Source of the DNA: Oscillospiraceae bacterium
GTDB taxonomy: Bacteria; Bacillota_I; Bacilli_A; RF39; UBA660
NCBI GenBank assembly: GCA_963632935.1
Contig: CAVGWA010000005.1
Coordinates: forward strand, 610-64,609
Direction of reading: 5' to 3'
Length of the DNA stretch: 64,000 bases
Every line of letters begins with the position of its first letter. Positions within the stretch are counted from its first letter, which is position 1. The notes under the pieces are model-generated. The model was not told the origin of the DNA, ran no database searches, and saw nothing but the letters and a program-made list of their open reading frames with translations. Made by a program: the position numbers and the translations under genes. Shown here one piece after another: positions 48,008-55,988 of the stretch.

Positions 48008-49420
48008 TTATATTTCTTCTATTTGCATAAAGTTTGTGTGCATTACTTTTTTAAATGGATAACCACCTGTTATTATGATTTTGTCTCCTTGTTTTAAATT
48101 TAATTCTTTTATCAATTTTTCTTTTACGTTTTGTGTTAGGCTTTCTAGGGTATCACCTTCTGCTTTTAAAGGTAATATTCCAAAATTTAATTGCATACTT
48201 TTTACTACTTCTTCATTTGATGCTGCTGCTATAATTGGGCATGGTGGTTTTAATTTACTTATATATCGTGCTGTTTTTCCAAAGTTTGTTGCTACAAGTA
48301 TTGCTTTACATTCAAGTTCATTTGCTCCTAGAACAACACTTGATGAAATTGTAGATGTTATGTTTTTTTCTTTTGTTGAAAGTGAATTCCTAAAGAAATA
48401 TTTGTAGTCAATGCTGTCTTCAGATTCTTTAATTATTTTACTTACTATTCTTACTGTGTCTATTGGGTGTGCACCTATGGTTGTTTCGCTTGTAAGCATA
48501 ATAGCATCAATCGCATCAGAAACTAAGGTTGAAAGATCTGATACTTCTGCTCTATTTGGAACAGATTTTCTTGTTAGAAAGCTATTAAATTCTGCTGTTA
48601 TTATCATTAAACATCCTTGTTCATAACATTTATGAATAATTTTCTTTTGAATGTTTGGAACTACTTCTATAGGCATATCAATACCTATATCACCTCTGTC
48701 TAATATAATCCCATCTGCAATATTTATAATATTGTCAATGTCATCTACCGCTCTTTTATTTTCTATTTTGGCAAGCAAGCCTATATGTTCATTTTTTAAT
48801 TCTATTAATAAATCATTAATTTCTAATACATCTTCGGCTGAAGAAATTGATGATATGCTGATAAAATCTACGTTCATTTCATTAGCAAACAGTATATCTT
48901 CATAATCTTGTTTTGTTAAAAATTTTCTATTTGGTTTTGTTTCCGGCAAATATATTTTTGAATTATCAGTTACTTCGCCACCTTTTAATACTTGACAAAC
49001 AACATAATCTAATCCTTTTTCAGTGACTTGAAGAATGACATTTCCTTTACTTAGTTTTATTTTTGTATGATATTTTAAATCATTTACTAAATTAGGATAA
49101 TTGACTGAAAACCCTGTCATATCTCCTTTCATATCATCCATATATATTCTTATTTTATCACCAGTATTTAGCATTGCTTTACCGTTTATAAACTTATTTG
49201 TTCTAATACATGGTCCCTCTAAATCAAGCATAACAGCTACATTGGTATTTAATTTTTGATTTTCTTCTTCTATTAGTCTAATTAATCTTTTGCATATTTC
49301 ATGATTTGAATAGCTCATGTTTAAACGTATAACATCGATACCACTTTTAATAAATTCTTCTATTTGTCTTTTTTCATCTCTGTTTTCGCATATTGTCGCA
49401 ATTAATTTTGTTTTTTCCAT
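48008..49420 (-). CDS. pyk: Pyruvate kinase
   Basis: The start is set at ATG 49420 (MEKTKLIATI) with an AGGTGA SD. Motifs: RLNMSYS, KIENKRAV, DGIILDRGDIGI and MLTSETTIG. Confidence 0.95.
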   Translation of the reverse strand: MEKTKLIATICENRDEKRQIEEFIKSGIDVIRLNMSYSNHEICKRLIRLIEEENQKLNTNVAVMLDLEGPCIRTNKFINGKAMLNTGDKIRIYMDDMKGDMTGFSVNYPNLVNDLKYHTKIKLSKGNVILQVTEKGLDYVVCQVLKGGEVTDNSKIYLPETKPNRKFLTKQDYEDILFANEMNVDFISISSISSAEDVLEINDLLIELKNEHIGLLAKIENKRAVDDIDNIINIADGIILDRGDIGIDMPIEVVPNIQKKIIHKCYEQGCLMIITAEFNSFLTRKSVPNRAEVSDLSTLVSDAIDAIMLTSETTIGAHPIDTVRIVSKIIKESEDSIDYKYFFRNSLSTKEKNITSTISSSVVLGANELECKAILVATNFGKTARYISKLKPPCPIIAAASNEEVVKSMQLNFGILPLKAEGDTLESLTQNVKEKLIKELNLKQGDKIIITGGYPFKKVMHTNFMQIEEI

Positions 49421-49539
49421 TGTCCTTATCACCTACTTTAATTAAATTATAATTGATATATCTTTTAAAGTCAATTAATTTTATATGCGGTTTCATATGA
49501 ACTTTTGTATAAATTTTAGTGGCTTGAAGAAATTATAAA

Positions 49540-49568
49540 CATAAAAGAGATGATTTTTGTCATCTCTT
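49540..49568 (-). terminator. Rho-independent terminator after the giant pilin gene
   Basis: Stem aagagatga (49545-49553) / tcatctctt (49560-49568) with a 6-nt loop, followed on the minus strand by ttttat. Confidence 0.65.
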
Positions 49569-49570
49569 AA

Positions 49571-52500
49571 TTAAGATACTCTTAAAACAAATTGTGCCCA
49601 AGCTTCGTTACCTGCATTATCCCATATTTTACGTTGCTCATCAAAGTCAATCGGACGATAAAAATCAGATTCTATATGATATGCACAGGTGGTTGTCCAT
49701 ATACAATTTGAAAATGAACCATTCGTTGGTTTCCAATATATTAAATCCGAACCTGCTTTAACTCCTGATAAACTATCAGCTTTATATACGCTTGCATCAT
49801 AAGCAATCCAGCCATTAAACGTTGCATTGGCATAACAGCTTTGTCTTCCGTCGCAATTCGAATATGTTATGGTTAACTTGCTACCTCCGACTACATTATA
49901 GAAATAAAGTGTTGGTGAAGTCACATCCATCATTAATTTTGCTGATGAAGAATTTGAAACATTTCCAGCTTTATCTACTGCTCTATAGTAAATTGTTTGA
50001 TTCTTTTCTGGTGACCAGTTATTTGTGGCACCAGTATCAGTCCAGGTACCATTATTACCTAAACGATATTGATATTTAGAAATTCCAGAGCCTTCATCTT
50101 TTGAAGATACAGTTGTAATTATACTACTATTGTTCCACTGTGAATTAGATGCTCTAACACCTAATTTATTGATTTTATATTTCAATCCAGAAACATTACC
50201 AATGTCAAATCTAACATTGTTATAAGTTCCATTTGGAATTGTAATTGTAATTTTAGTTTGTCCTGCTTTTAATGTTGCTTTTTTGGAATTAGCTTCACTA
50301 TGACCATTTCCACTTGTTGCGTAGAATATTTGGATATTTATGTCTTTAGTTAGTGCTGATGCTAATTCAATGTAGGCACCATCTATATTTTTTATCCAGT
50401 TTCCAACTTCAATGTCTATTATTGGATCATTAGTTGAGGTTTCCCATGTTCCTGTTGTTCCAGCATCACTTTTGTATCCATTTAAGGATTTTGTTTTAGT
50501 TCCCCATATGTTATATATTGTACTTATTGTTGGTGTAGTTGGCGCTGTTTTATCTAAAGCATTTGCATATAAAGTTTTATTACCAGTTAATGTATATTTA
50601 CTACCGGCTGAGGTACCTGAAGTAGCTCCACTAGTTGTATTCCATCCAACTGATGTATATCCAGTTTTTGCTGTAATACTAGGTAAAGTTACTGTGCAAC
50701 TAGTTGCTTGAGCTGTTCCATTATAAGTTGCTGCACGTGTGCAGCTTCCAGTAGTTGCTCCAATTGCAGATACATTAGCTCCTTTACTATAAGTTATAGT
50801 ATGAGTTTTCGCATTTGCTTTAGTAATTGCATAATATGTTGCATTTGAACTTACTGCTTTAGCTGTATTTTGATTCCATCCACTTGTTGTAGCTGATGAA
50901 GAAGTATTATATCCAACTACTGTTGGTGTATTACTACTTCCTACTATTGTTGGACTAGTTACACTACATGTTGTTGCTTGCGAAGCATTATTATAAACTG
51001 CAGCTATTGTACAAGAACGTGTTACAGTAGTATCACTTACAGCTGTCCCACTACTATTTGTTTGCGTTGATGCATTATTTTTATTAAATGTAACTGTTAT
51101 TGTTTTTGCTTCTTTTCTATATATTGCATACAAAGTTACATTACTAGTTCCCATCGTTAAACTAGATAATTTACTAGTCGCATCCTTATTTGTATTCCAT
51201 CCAACAAATGTATAACCTGATTTGGTTGCTGTTGGAGTTAAATCTATAGCTGATGATTCATTAACTATCGCTGACGTTTTAGTAGAAGATGTTCCTCCAT
51301 TTGTTTTATAATTGTATGTTACTGTTCTTCTAATAGCAATATTATATGAAGTTGATATGGTATTTGTTCCATCAGTTACTTTCGCTATTAAAGTGGTATT
51401 GCTTGTAAATTCTATGGTTGGATTAGATGTTACTGTAACCCAGTTAGTTCCACCATCTTTACTATAAGAACATGTTAATCCATTAGAGCATCCTGATGGA
51501 TATGTAACAGTTACTTTTGATTTGCCTATTTCAGTCTCTTCTGAGAAAGTAGGTTTATTTATTGTTACTGTTGAGACTGTTTTACTTGCAGTATTTTGTT
51601 TAGAAGCTGTAGAAGTTACTCTTACTTTTATATTATAATTTGTTCCATGTGTTAATTTATCAAATGTATAAGTATTACCGGTTCCGGTAACCCATGTAGA
51701 ACCACCATCTTTAGAATATTCATATTTTGAAATACCTGATAAAGCATATGCATTAGCTACTACGGTTATGCTTTTGGAAGTTGATGTTGTTGATATACTT
51801 AATGTAGGTGCGGTTGCATCCCTTTTTACAGTTAAATTACATGTTCCAGTATTTCCAGCTTTATCTTTAACAAAACCATAGTATGTTTTTGATGATACAT
51901 CTTGATTTAATGTTTTTTCTGTTACATTATTGTATTCTACATTATTTGTCTCGGTTAATCCTTTAGATGCTACTCCACTTTCTTTGTCTGTTGCTGTTAG
52001 GGTTATCTTTACATCTGATGTATACCAATTATTATTTCCCAAAGTTCCTGATGAAGTTATTTTACAAGTTGGTTTTACTGTATCTGTTATCTTAAATGTT
52101 TTACCATCAGAGATATTACCCGCTTTATCTTTTGTCCATACATAATAAGTACCTAATGAATAACTATTAGTATATACCTTTTCTTCATTTGCCTTAGATG
52201 TAAATGATGTCCAACTATTACTTGTTTCACTCGGTTTTGTACTAGAAGTACTGATATATATACCATTTATTCCTGATATAGTATCTTTTACAGTAATATT
52301 AACTTTTTGTTTTTCATTAGACCAAGAGTCTAATTTAATATTTGTAATTAAAGGATTAACACTATCTACATTTATTACTTTATATTTATTTGTTATTGTG
52401 TTGTTTCCTTTTAGTTGTGCAGTTATTGTAGATATTTTAGTGAACGTTAGTTTTGTTTTTCCTCCAGAGTTTGCTCCATCTATGATCCAATTTCCTTCAT

Positions 52501-52996
52501 CTATTTTATATTTTGATTTATAATCACCTTCAACTTCTGGGTACAATATTGTAACGGTTCTTGATTTTACCCAACTGTTCCCATATGGATTTACAATAAA
52601 ATCAATGGTAGGCATTGCGGCTTCTTCTTTACATGAAGTGGTATCTTTTATTTCATATTCTGATGTACCTTGTGAATATATTGTTACTAATACAGTTTTA
52701 TCAGTTATATCTTTATTAGTTTCAACATCCTTTACAGGCGAAACTAAATATCCATTATCGACAAGTATTTGTATAGGAATGCAGTACTTACCACTTTTCC
52801 CTTTGGGATATAAATTACTATTTTCATCAATATATTGCTGTGTAGCTGTCCCTATAACACTATCACTTGCTATTTTTGATGGTGCTTTTGTTTTTGCAAT
52901 ATTATTTATAATTGTTGGCACAATTAAAATAAGTAACAGAGATATTATTACTATTACTCCTAATAATTCTGCTAATGTAAATCCTTTATTTTTCAT
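49571..52996 (-). CDS. Giant type IV pilin-like adhesin (about 1,141 aa): prepilin N-terminus, Ig-like modules and Listeria-Bacteroides-type repeats
   Basis: The start is set at ATG 52996 (GGGTGA SD): MKNKG|FTLAELLGVIVIISLLLILIVP. There are four D(K/N)AGN-terminated modules (KDKAGNIS, KDKAGNTG, VDKAGNVS, WDNAGNEA) and three GY(T)xVGWNT/GYNT repeat modules. Confidence 0.8.
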   Translation of the reverse strand: MKNKGFTLAELLGVIVIISLLLILIVPTIINNIAKTKAPSKIASDSVIGTATQQYIDENSNLYPKGKSGKYCIPIQILVDNGYLVSPVKDVETNKDITDKTVLVTIYSQGTSEYEIKDTTSCKEEAAMPTIDFIVNPYGNSWVKSRTVTILYPEVEGDYKSKYKIDEGNWIIDGANSGGKTKLTFTKISTITAQLKGNNTITNKYKVINVDSVNPLITNIKLDSWSNEKQKVNITVKDTISGINGIYISTSSTKPSETSNSWTSFTSKANEEKVYTNSYSLGTYYVWTKDKAGNISDGKTFKITDTVKPTCKITSSGTLGNNNWYTSDVKITLTATDKESGVASKGLTETNNVEYNNVTEKTLNQDVSSKTYYGFVKDKAGNTGTCNLTVKRDATAPTLSISTTSTSKSITVVANAYALSGISKYEYSKDGGSTWVTGTGNTYTFDKLTHGTNYNIKVRVTSTASKQNTASKTVSTVTINKPTFSEETEIGKSKVTVTYPSGCSNGLTCSYSKDGGTNWVTVTSNPTIEFTSNTTLIAKVTDGTNTISTSYNIAIRRTVTYNYKTNGGTSSTKTSAIVNESSAIDLTPTATKSGYTFVGWNTNKDATSKLSSLTMGTSNVTLYAIYRKEAKTITVTFNKNNASTQTNSSGTAVSDTTVTRSCTIAAVYNNASQATTCSVTSPTIVGSSNTPTVVGYNTSSSATTSGWNQNTAKAVSSNATYYAITKANAKTHTITYSKGANVSAIGATTGSCTRAATYNGTAQATSCTVTLPSITAKTGYTSVGWNTTSGATSGTSAGSKYTLTGNKTLYANALDKTAPTTPTISTIYNIWGTKTKSLNGYKSDAGTTGTWETSTNDPIIDIEVGNWIKNIDGAYIELASALTKDINIQIFYATSGNGHSEANSKKATLKAGQTKITITIPNGTYNNVRFDIGNVSGLKYKINKLGVRASNSQWNNSSIITTVSSKDEGSGISKYQYRLGNNGTWTDTGATNNWSPEKNQTIYYRAVDKAGNVSNSSSAKLMMDVTSPTLYFYNVVGGSKLTITYSNCDGRQSCYANATFNGWIAYDASVYKADSLSGVKAGSDLIYWKPTNGSFSNCIWTTTCAYHIESDFYRPIDFDEQRKIWDNAGNEAWAQFVLRVS

Positions 52997-53014
52997 ATCA
53001 TCACCCATAAATGG

Positions 53015-53035
53015 CCGTATAAATACCATTTATAC
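53015..53035. promoter_or_regulatory. Palindromic motif copy 1 (CCGTATAAATA-cca-TTTATAC) in the giant-pilin leader
   Basis: Read directly at 53015-53035, between the candidate -10 (53054-53059) and the start codon (52996). Confidence 0.3.
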
Positions 53036-53053
53036 AATACCTTTCATACTAAA

Positions 53054-53062
53054 ATTATATCA
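53054..53062 (-). promoter_or_regulatory. Extended -10 (TGaTATAAT) candidate promoter for the giant pilin gene
   Basis: The minus strand reads tttGATATAATttt. TATAAT is at 53054-53059 and TG at 53061-53062. The -35 is weak (AAGACT). Confidence 0.35.
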
Positions 53063-53122
53063 AATTTATATAAAAAAGTCTTAAAAAAGTAAGAATATTG
53101 TTTTTTGCAGCACTTTTTTTGC

Positions 53123-53143
53123 CGTATAAATAGTATTTATACG
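53123..53143. promoter_or_regulatory. Palindromic motif copy 2: perfect 10-1-10 palindrome CGTATAAATA-g-TATTTATACG
   Basis: Read directly at 53123-53143. It shares CCGTATAAATA with copy 1. It is flanked by T-runs on the plus strand and A-runs on the minus strand. Confidence 0.3.
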
Positions 53144-53234
53144 ACCTTTTTTTCACATATTATTAATAAAATTAAATTTTACATTTTTTACACTGGTTAT
53201 TTTTTTATAAAAAAATATGACTTACATTGCATAT

Positions 53235-53558
53235 TTATTTTAAATCATCAATATTTTTCTTTAATTGTTTAGCATCTTCACCAAAAATTATTTTTAATTG
53301 ATTATCAATTTCAACTATTCCTTGAGCACCCATTTTTTGAATTGCTTCTTTGTTTACAAGATCAATGTTGTGAAGATTAACAACAAATCTTGAATTATTT
53401 ACTTCATAATTAATAATATTTGCTGTTCCACCTAGGTATTCAATTAGTTTGTTTGCTTCAAGTTTAAAATCTTTGTTTTTAGCTTTCAAAATTGCAAATG
53501 CTATTACAAGTAAAATTACAATTATTACTATATATTGCCACATCATTTTATCACCCAT
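53235..53558 (-). CDS. Membrane-anchored PTS EIIB(Glc)-like domain protein lacking the phosphorylatable cysteine
   Basis: An N-terminal TM helix, then LIEYLGGTANIINYEVNNSRFVVNL...GAQGIVEIDNQLKIIFG, which parallels the EIIB pattern LGG..NI.....C.TRLR......G..G......Q.I.G. Cys-x-Thr-Arg-Leu-Arg is replaced by Asn-Asn-Ser-Arg-Phe-Val. Confidence 0.6.
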   Translation of the reverse strand: MGDKMMWQYIVIIVILLVIAFAILKAKNKDFKLEANKLIEYLGGTANIINYEVNNSRFVVNLHNIDLVNKEAIQKMGAQGIVEIDNQLKIIFGEDAKQLKKNIDDLK

Positions 53559-53562
53559 TTTA

Positions 53563-53722
53563 ATTATACTATATTTTTTATTATTTGGACAAAAGTTTTT
53601 ATTTAATGTTATAAATTTTATATTTTCTTTACTGTTTTTTTTGTGTGTTAGTGTATTATATTAGTGGTAATATAAATGAAAAATATTTCTAAATACCAAC
53701 TTGATAAAACTATATTAATTCC
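53563..53722. repeat. Direct repeat copy 1 (160 bp): duplicate of the rodA promoter, RBS and first 16 codons
   Basis: About 96% identical to 54042-54202, with roughly 6 differences including two indels in T-runs. Confidence 0.9.
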
Positions 53723-53738
53723 CAAGTTTAACAGTTGA
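53676..53738 (+). pseudogene. Truncated 5' fragment of the RodA/FtsW gene (20 codons, then element-derived sequence and a stop)
   Basis: MKNISKYQLDKTILIP-KFNS* compared with the intact gene MKNISKYKLDKTILIP-ILIF.... The SD is weakened (GGTAAT vs GGTGAT). Confidence 0.6.
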
Positions 53739-54041
53739 AAAAAATTTTAGCTCTCTAAGCCTTATAAATCCTAGGTTTAGCTAGTTTTTGAAATTGTCGT
53801 AGTATTCGTAACTATTGACTATTGATTTAACTTTATATATAATTTTTATATAAATTAAAAGAAAATAAAGAAAATTTAATATTACTTATAAAGTAAGAAA
53901 TTATAAGGTTTTATACAAATTTTCAAAAAAAATTTTTAAGTAAATTAAATAATAGATACTACGCAAAAAAATAAATCCTCTCATTCCCAGTATTTATAAT
54001 GGTTTGTGGGGATTTTTTATGGTACAACTGTCAAACTCAAG
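53723..54041. mobile_element. 319-bp non-coding insert with imperfect terminal inverted repeats (MITE-like or IS/integrative-element scar)
   Basis: The left end caAGTTTAACAGTTG (53723-53737) matches the reverse complement of the right end CAACTGTCAAACTcaag (54025-54041) at 12 of 13 positions. There is no ORF over 30 codons. It is bracketed by the 160-bp direct repeats. Confidence 0.35.
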
Positions 54042-54202
54042 ATTATACTATATTTTTTATTATTTGGACAAAAGTTTTATTTAATGTTATAAATTTTATA
54101 TTTTCTTTACTGGTTTTTTTTTGTGTGTTAGTGTATTATATTAGTGGTGATATAAATGAAAAATATTTCTAAATACAAGCTTGATAAAACTATATTAATT
54201 CC
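54042..54202. repeat. Direct repeat copy 2 (161 bp): functional promoter, RBS and 5' end of the RodA/FtsW gene
   Basis: See copy 1. This copy continues into the intact 376-codon ORF. Confidence 0.9.
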
Positions 54203-55286
54203 TATTTTGATTTTTGCTTTTATTAGTATTATTACTTTATATGGAGCTAAAAGTATTTTACCAAGTACTATGAGCCATTTGATGACAAATCAAATAATTT
54301 GGTATATTGCTGGCTTTATTTTAATTTATTTAATAATGACAATTGGAAATACTTACATTTATAGAATAAGCTGGTTTTTATATTTTGTAGGAATAATTTC
54401 ATTAATCGGACTTTTTTTCTTCGGAAAATCCATTAATAACGCAGTATGCTGGTACGAAATAAAAGGTATTGGTACAATTCAACCTAGTGAATTTATGAAA
54501 ATAATTTTAATTATTATAAATGCATCTATGATTTCTAAATTTAATGAAGAATTTCCAAATCCAAGTGTTAGAGAAGAATTTATGTTTTTAGTAAAAGTAT
54601 TTCTTGTTATTTTACCCCCAAGTATTTTAACATTTATGCAACCAGACACTGGTGTTGTTTTAATTTATTTATTAATTACATTTGTTATGCTTTTTATTTC
54701 TGGCATTAGATATAGGTGGTTTATTGCCGTTATTGCAACAGGAGTTATTACTGTTGGATTTGTTTTAGGAATTTATTTTTTAAATCAAGATTTATTTATT
54801 AAAATATTTGGAACTAGTTTCTTTTTAAGGGTTGATAGATTATTAGATTGGTCTAATCAAAGTGGCTATCAACTTGAAAACAGTTTAAGTTCCATTGGTT
54901 CAGCGGGTCTTTTTGGGCATGGTTTAACTAGTAACCCAATTTATTTTCCTGAAGCTCAAACTGATTTTATCTTTGCAGTTTATGCAAGTCATTTTGGATT
55001 TATTGGATCTATTATTTTACTTTCTTTGCTTGCTATTTTTGATATAAGATTAATCACATTAGCTTTAAAAACCAATAAATTAGTAAATAAATATGTCATT
55101 GCAGGTGTTGTTGGTATGCTTATATATCAACAAGTTCAAAACATTGGTATGACTTTTGGCTTACTTCCAATAACTGGTATTACACTACCTTTTATCAGTT
55201 ATGGTGGTTCAAGTTTATTAAGTTATATGCTTGCAATGGGAATGATATTTAATATTTCAAATGAAAACATGAGATATACAAATTAA
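54156..55286 (+). CDS. SEDS-family peptidoglycan glycosyltransferase (RodA/FtsW/SpoVE family)
   Basis: 376 aa with 10 TM helices. Motifs: IQPSEFMKI, PDTGVVLIY, EAQTDFIFA and LPITGITLPFISYGGSS. Confidence 0.92.
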   Translation: MKNISKYKLDKTILIPILIFAFISIITLYGAKSILPSTMSHLMTNQIIWYIAGFILIYLIMTIGNTYIYRISWFLYFVGIISLIGLFFFGKSINNAVCWYEIKGIGTIQPSEFMKIILIIINASMISKFNEEFPNPSVREEFMFLVKVFLVILPPSILTFMQPDTGVVLIYLLITFVMLFISGIRYRWFIAVIATGVITVGFVLGIYFLNQDLFIKIFGTSFFLRVDRLLDWSNQSGYQLENSLSSIGSAGLFGHGLTSNPIYFPEAQTDFIFAVYASHFGFIGSIILLSLLAIFDIRLITLALKTNKLVNKYVIAGVVGMLIYQQVQNIGMTFGLLPITGITLPFISYGGSSLLSYMLAMGMIFNISNENMRYTN

Positions 55287-55313
55287 AAACTGCTTATTCA
55301 GCAGTTTCTTTTT
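55287..55313. terminator. Bidirectional terminator between the SEDS gene (+) and rpmF (-)
   Basis: Stem aaactgct (55287-55294) / agcagttt (55300-55307) with a 5-nt loop and a T-run downstream on the plus strand. It overlaps the last codons of rpmF. Confidence 0.55.
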
Positions 55314-55482
55314 TAGCAACTATTTCTTTGCCTTTATAAGTTCCACATTCTTTACATACGCGATGTGGTTTTACTGGTGCACCACATTTAGGGCATACTG
55401 TAACAGTTTTAGCACTTATTTTATAATGGGTACGACGCATTCTTCCACTAGTTTTACTAACTTTTCTTGCTGGTACGGCCAT
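55294..55482 (-). CDS. rpmF: 50S ribosomal protein L32
   Basis: MAVPARKVSKTSGRMRRTH... with a CPKC...CKEC zinc ribbon. Confidence 0.93.
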   Translation of the reverse strand: MAVPARKVSKTSGRMRRTHYKISAKTVTVCPKCGAPVKPHRVCKECGTYKGKEIVAKKETAE

Positions 55483-55493
55483 GATAACACCTC

Positions 55494-55952
55494 CTATAAT
55501 AAATCTTTTAACTTAGCTAGGCTATGGTTGCCTTCTTTTTCGCTATCAGTTATAAGTTCCCAACCATTTCCCTTAGCTTTAATATTTCCTTCATTTTTGC
55601 TAACGACTTTAATGGGAATTTCCATTAATATATTTTCCCATATTATTGGTAAAATATCAATAGTTTTTTGATTTTTTTTAAAGTTTTCTAATATTTCTGA
55701 AAAGTTTTCTTCAACTTTTATCGAAAATGGATAATCAACTGGTTCTAAAGTTAAACTACTAGGAAGAACCATTTTACCTTTTATATCAAGGTCAATCATA
55801 TATTCATCATAAGAACATGTTATTTTACCTATTACATTTACCTTTTCCATTTTTAAAATTCCTGCTTTTTTTAAATCGTTTTCATCAAATTGAATTTTTT
55901 CATTTATATCAATACTGTTTTTTGTATTTAAAATATTTAAATCAATATTCAT
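55494..55952 (-). CDS. YceD/DUF177 family protein (23S rRNA accumulation protein-like)
   Basis: 152 aa and acidic. It sits in the conserved position immediately upstream of rpmF. Confidence 0.8.
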   Translation of the reverse strand: MNIDLNILNTKNSIDINEKIQFDENDLKKAGILKMEKVNVIGKITCSYDEYMIDLDIKGKMVLPSSLTLEPVDYPFSIKVEENFSEILENFKKNQKTIDILPIIWENILMEIPIKVVSKNEGNIKAKGNGWELITDSEKEGNHSLAKLKDLL

Positions 55953-55988
55953 TTTATCACCTGCTTAAATTATAACACTTTTTTTATT

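Noticed and set aside
3141-53084. Many 60-160-codon ORFs in the track that lie antisense to, or out of frame inside, long conserved genes. Examples: 3141-3431, 3660-3902, 4002-4319, 13963-14151, 15012-15428, 17050-17644, 17845-19257, 24215-24518, 26174-27169, 27714-28018, 30158-30436, 36698-36958, 45661-48905, 49822-52145, 52605-53084.
   Set aside because: Each is fully embedded in a gene with clear family motifs on the other strand or frame. Their translations are low-complexity (Phe/Leu/Ile/Ser-rich), as expected from reverse frames of AT-rich coding DNA, and none has a convincing SD.
53123-53143. The 10-1-10 palindrome as the transcription terminator of the EIIB-like gene.
   Set aside because: On the minus strand, which is the direction of that gene, the hairpin is followed by an A-run, not a U-run. 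The stem is also almost entirely A/T. It is kept as a candidate protein-binding site instead.
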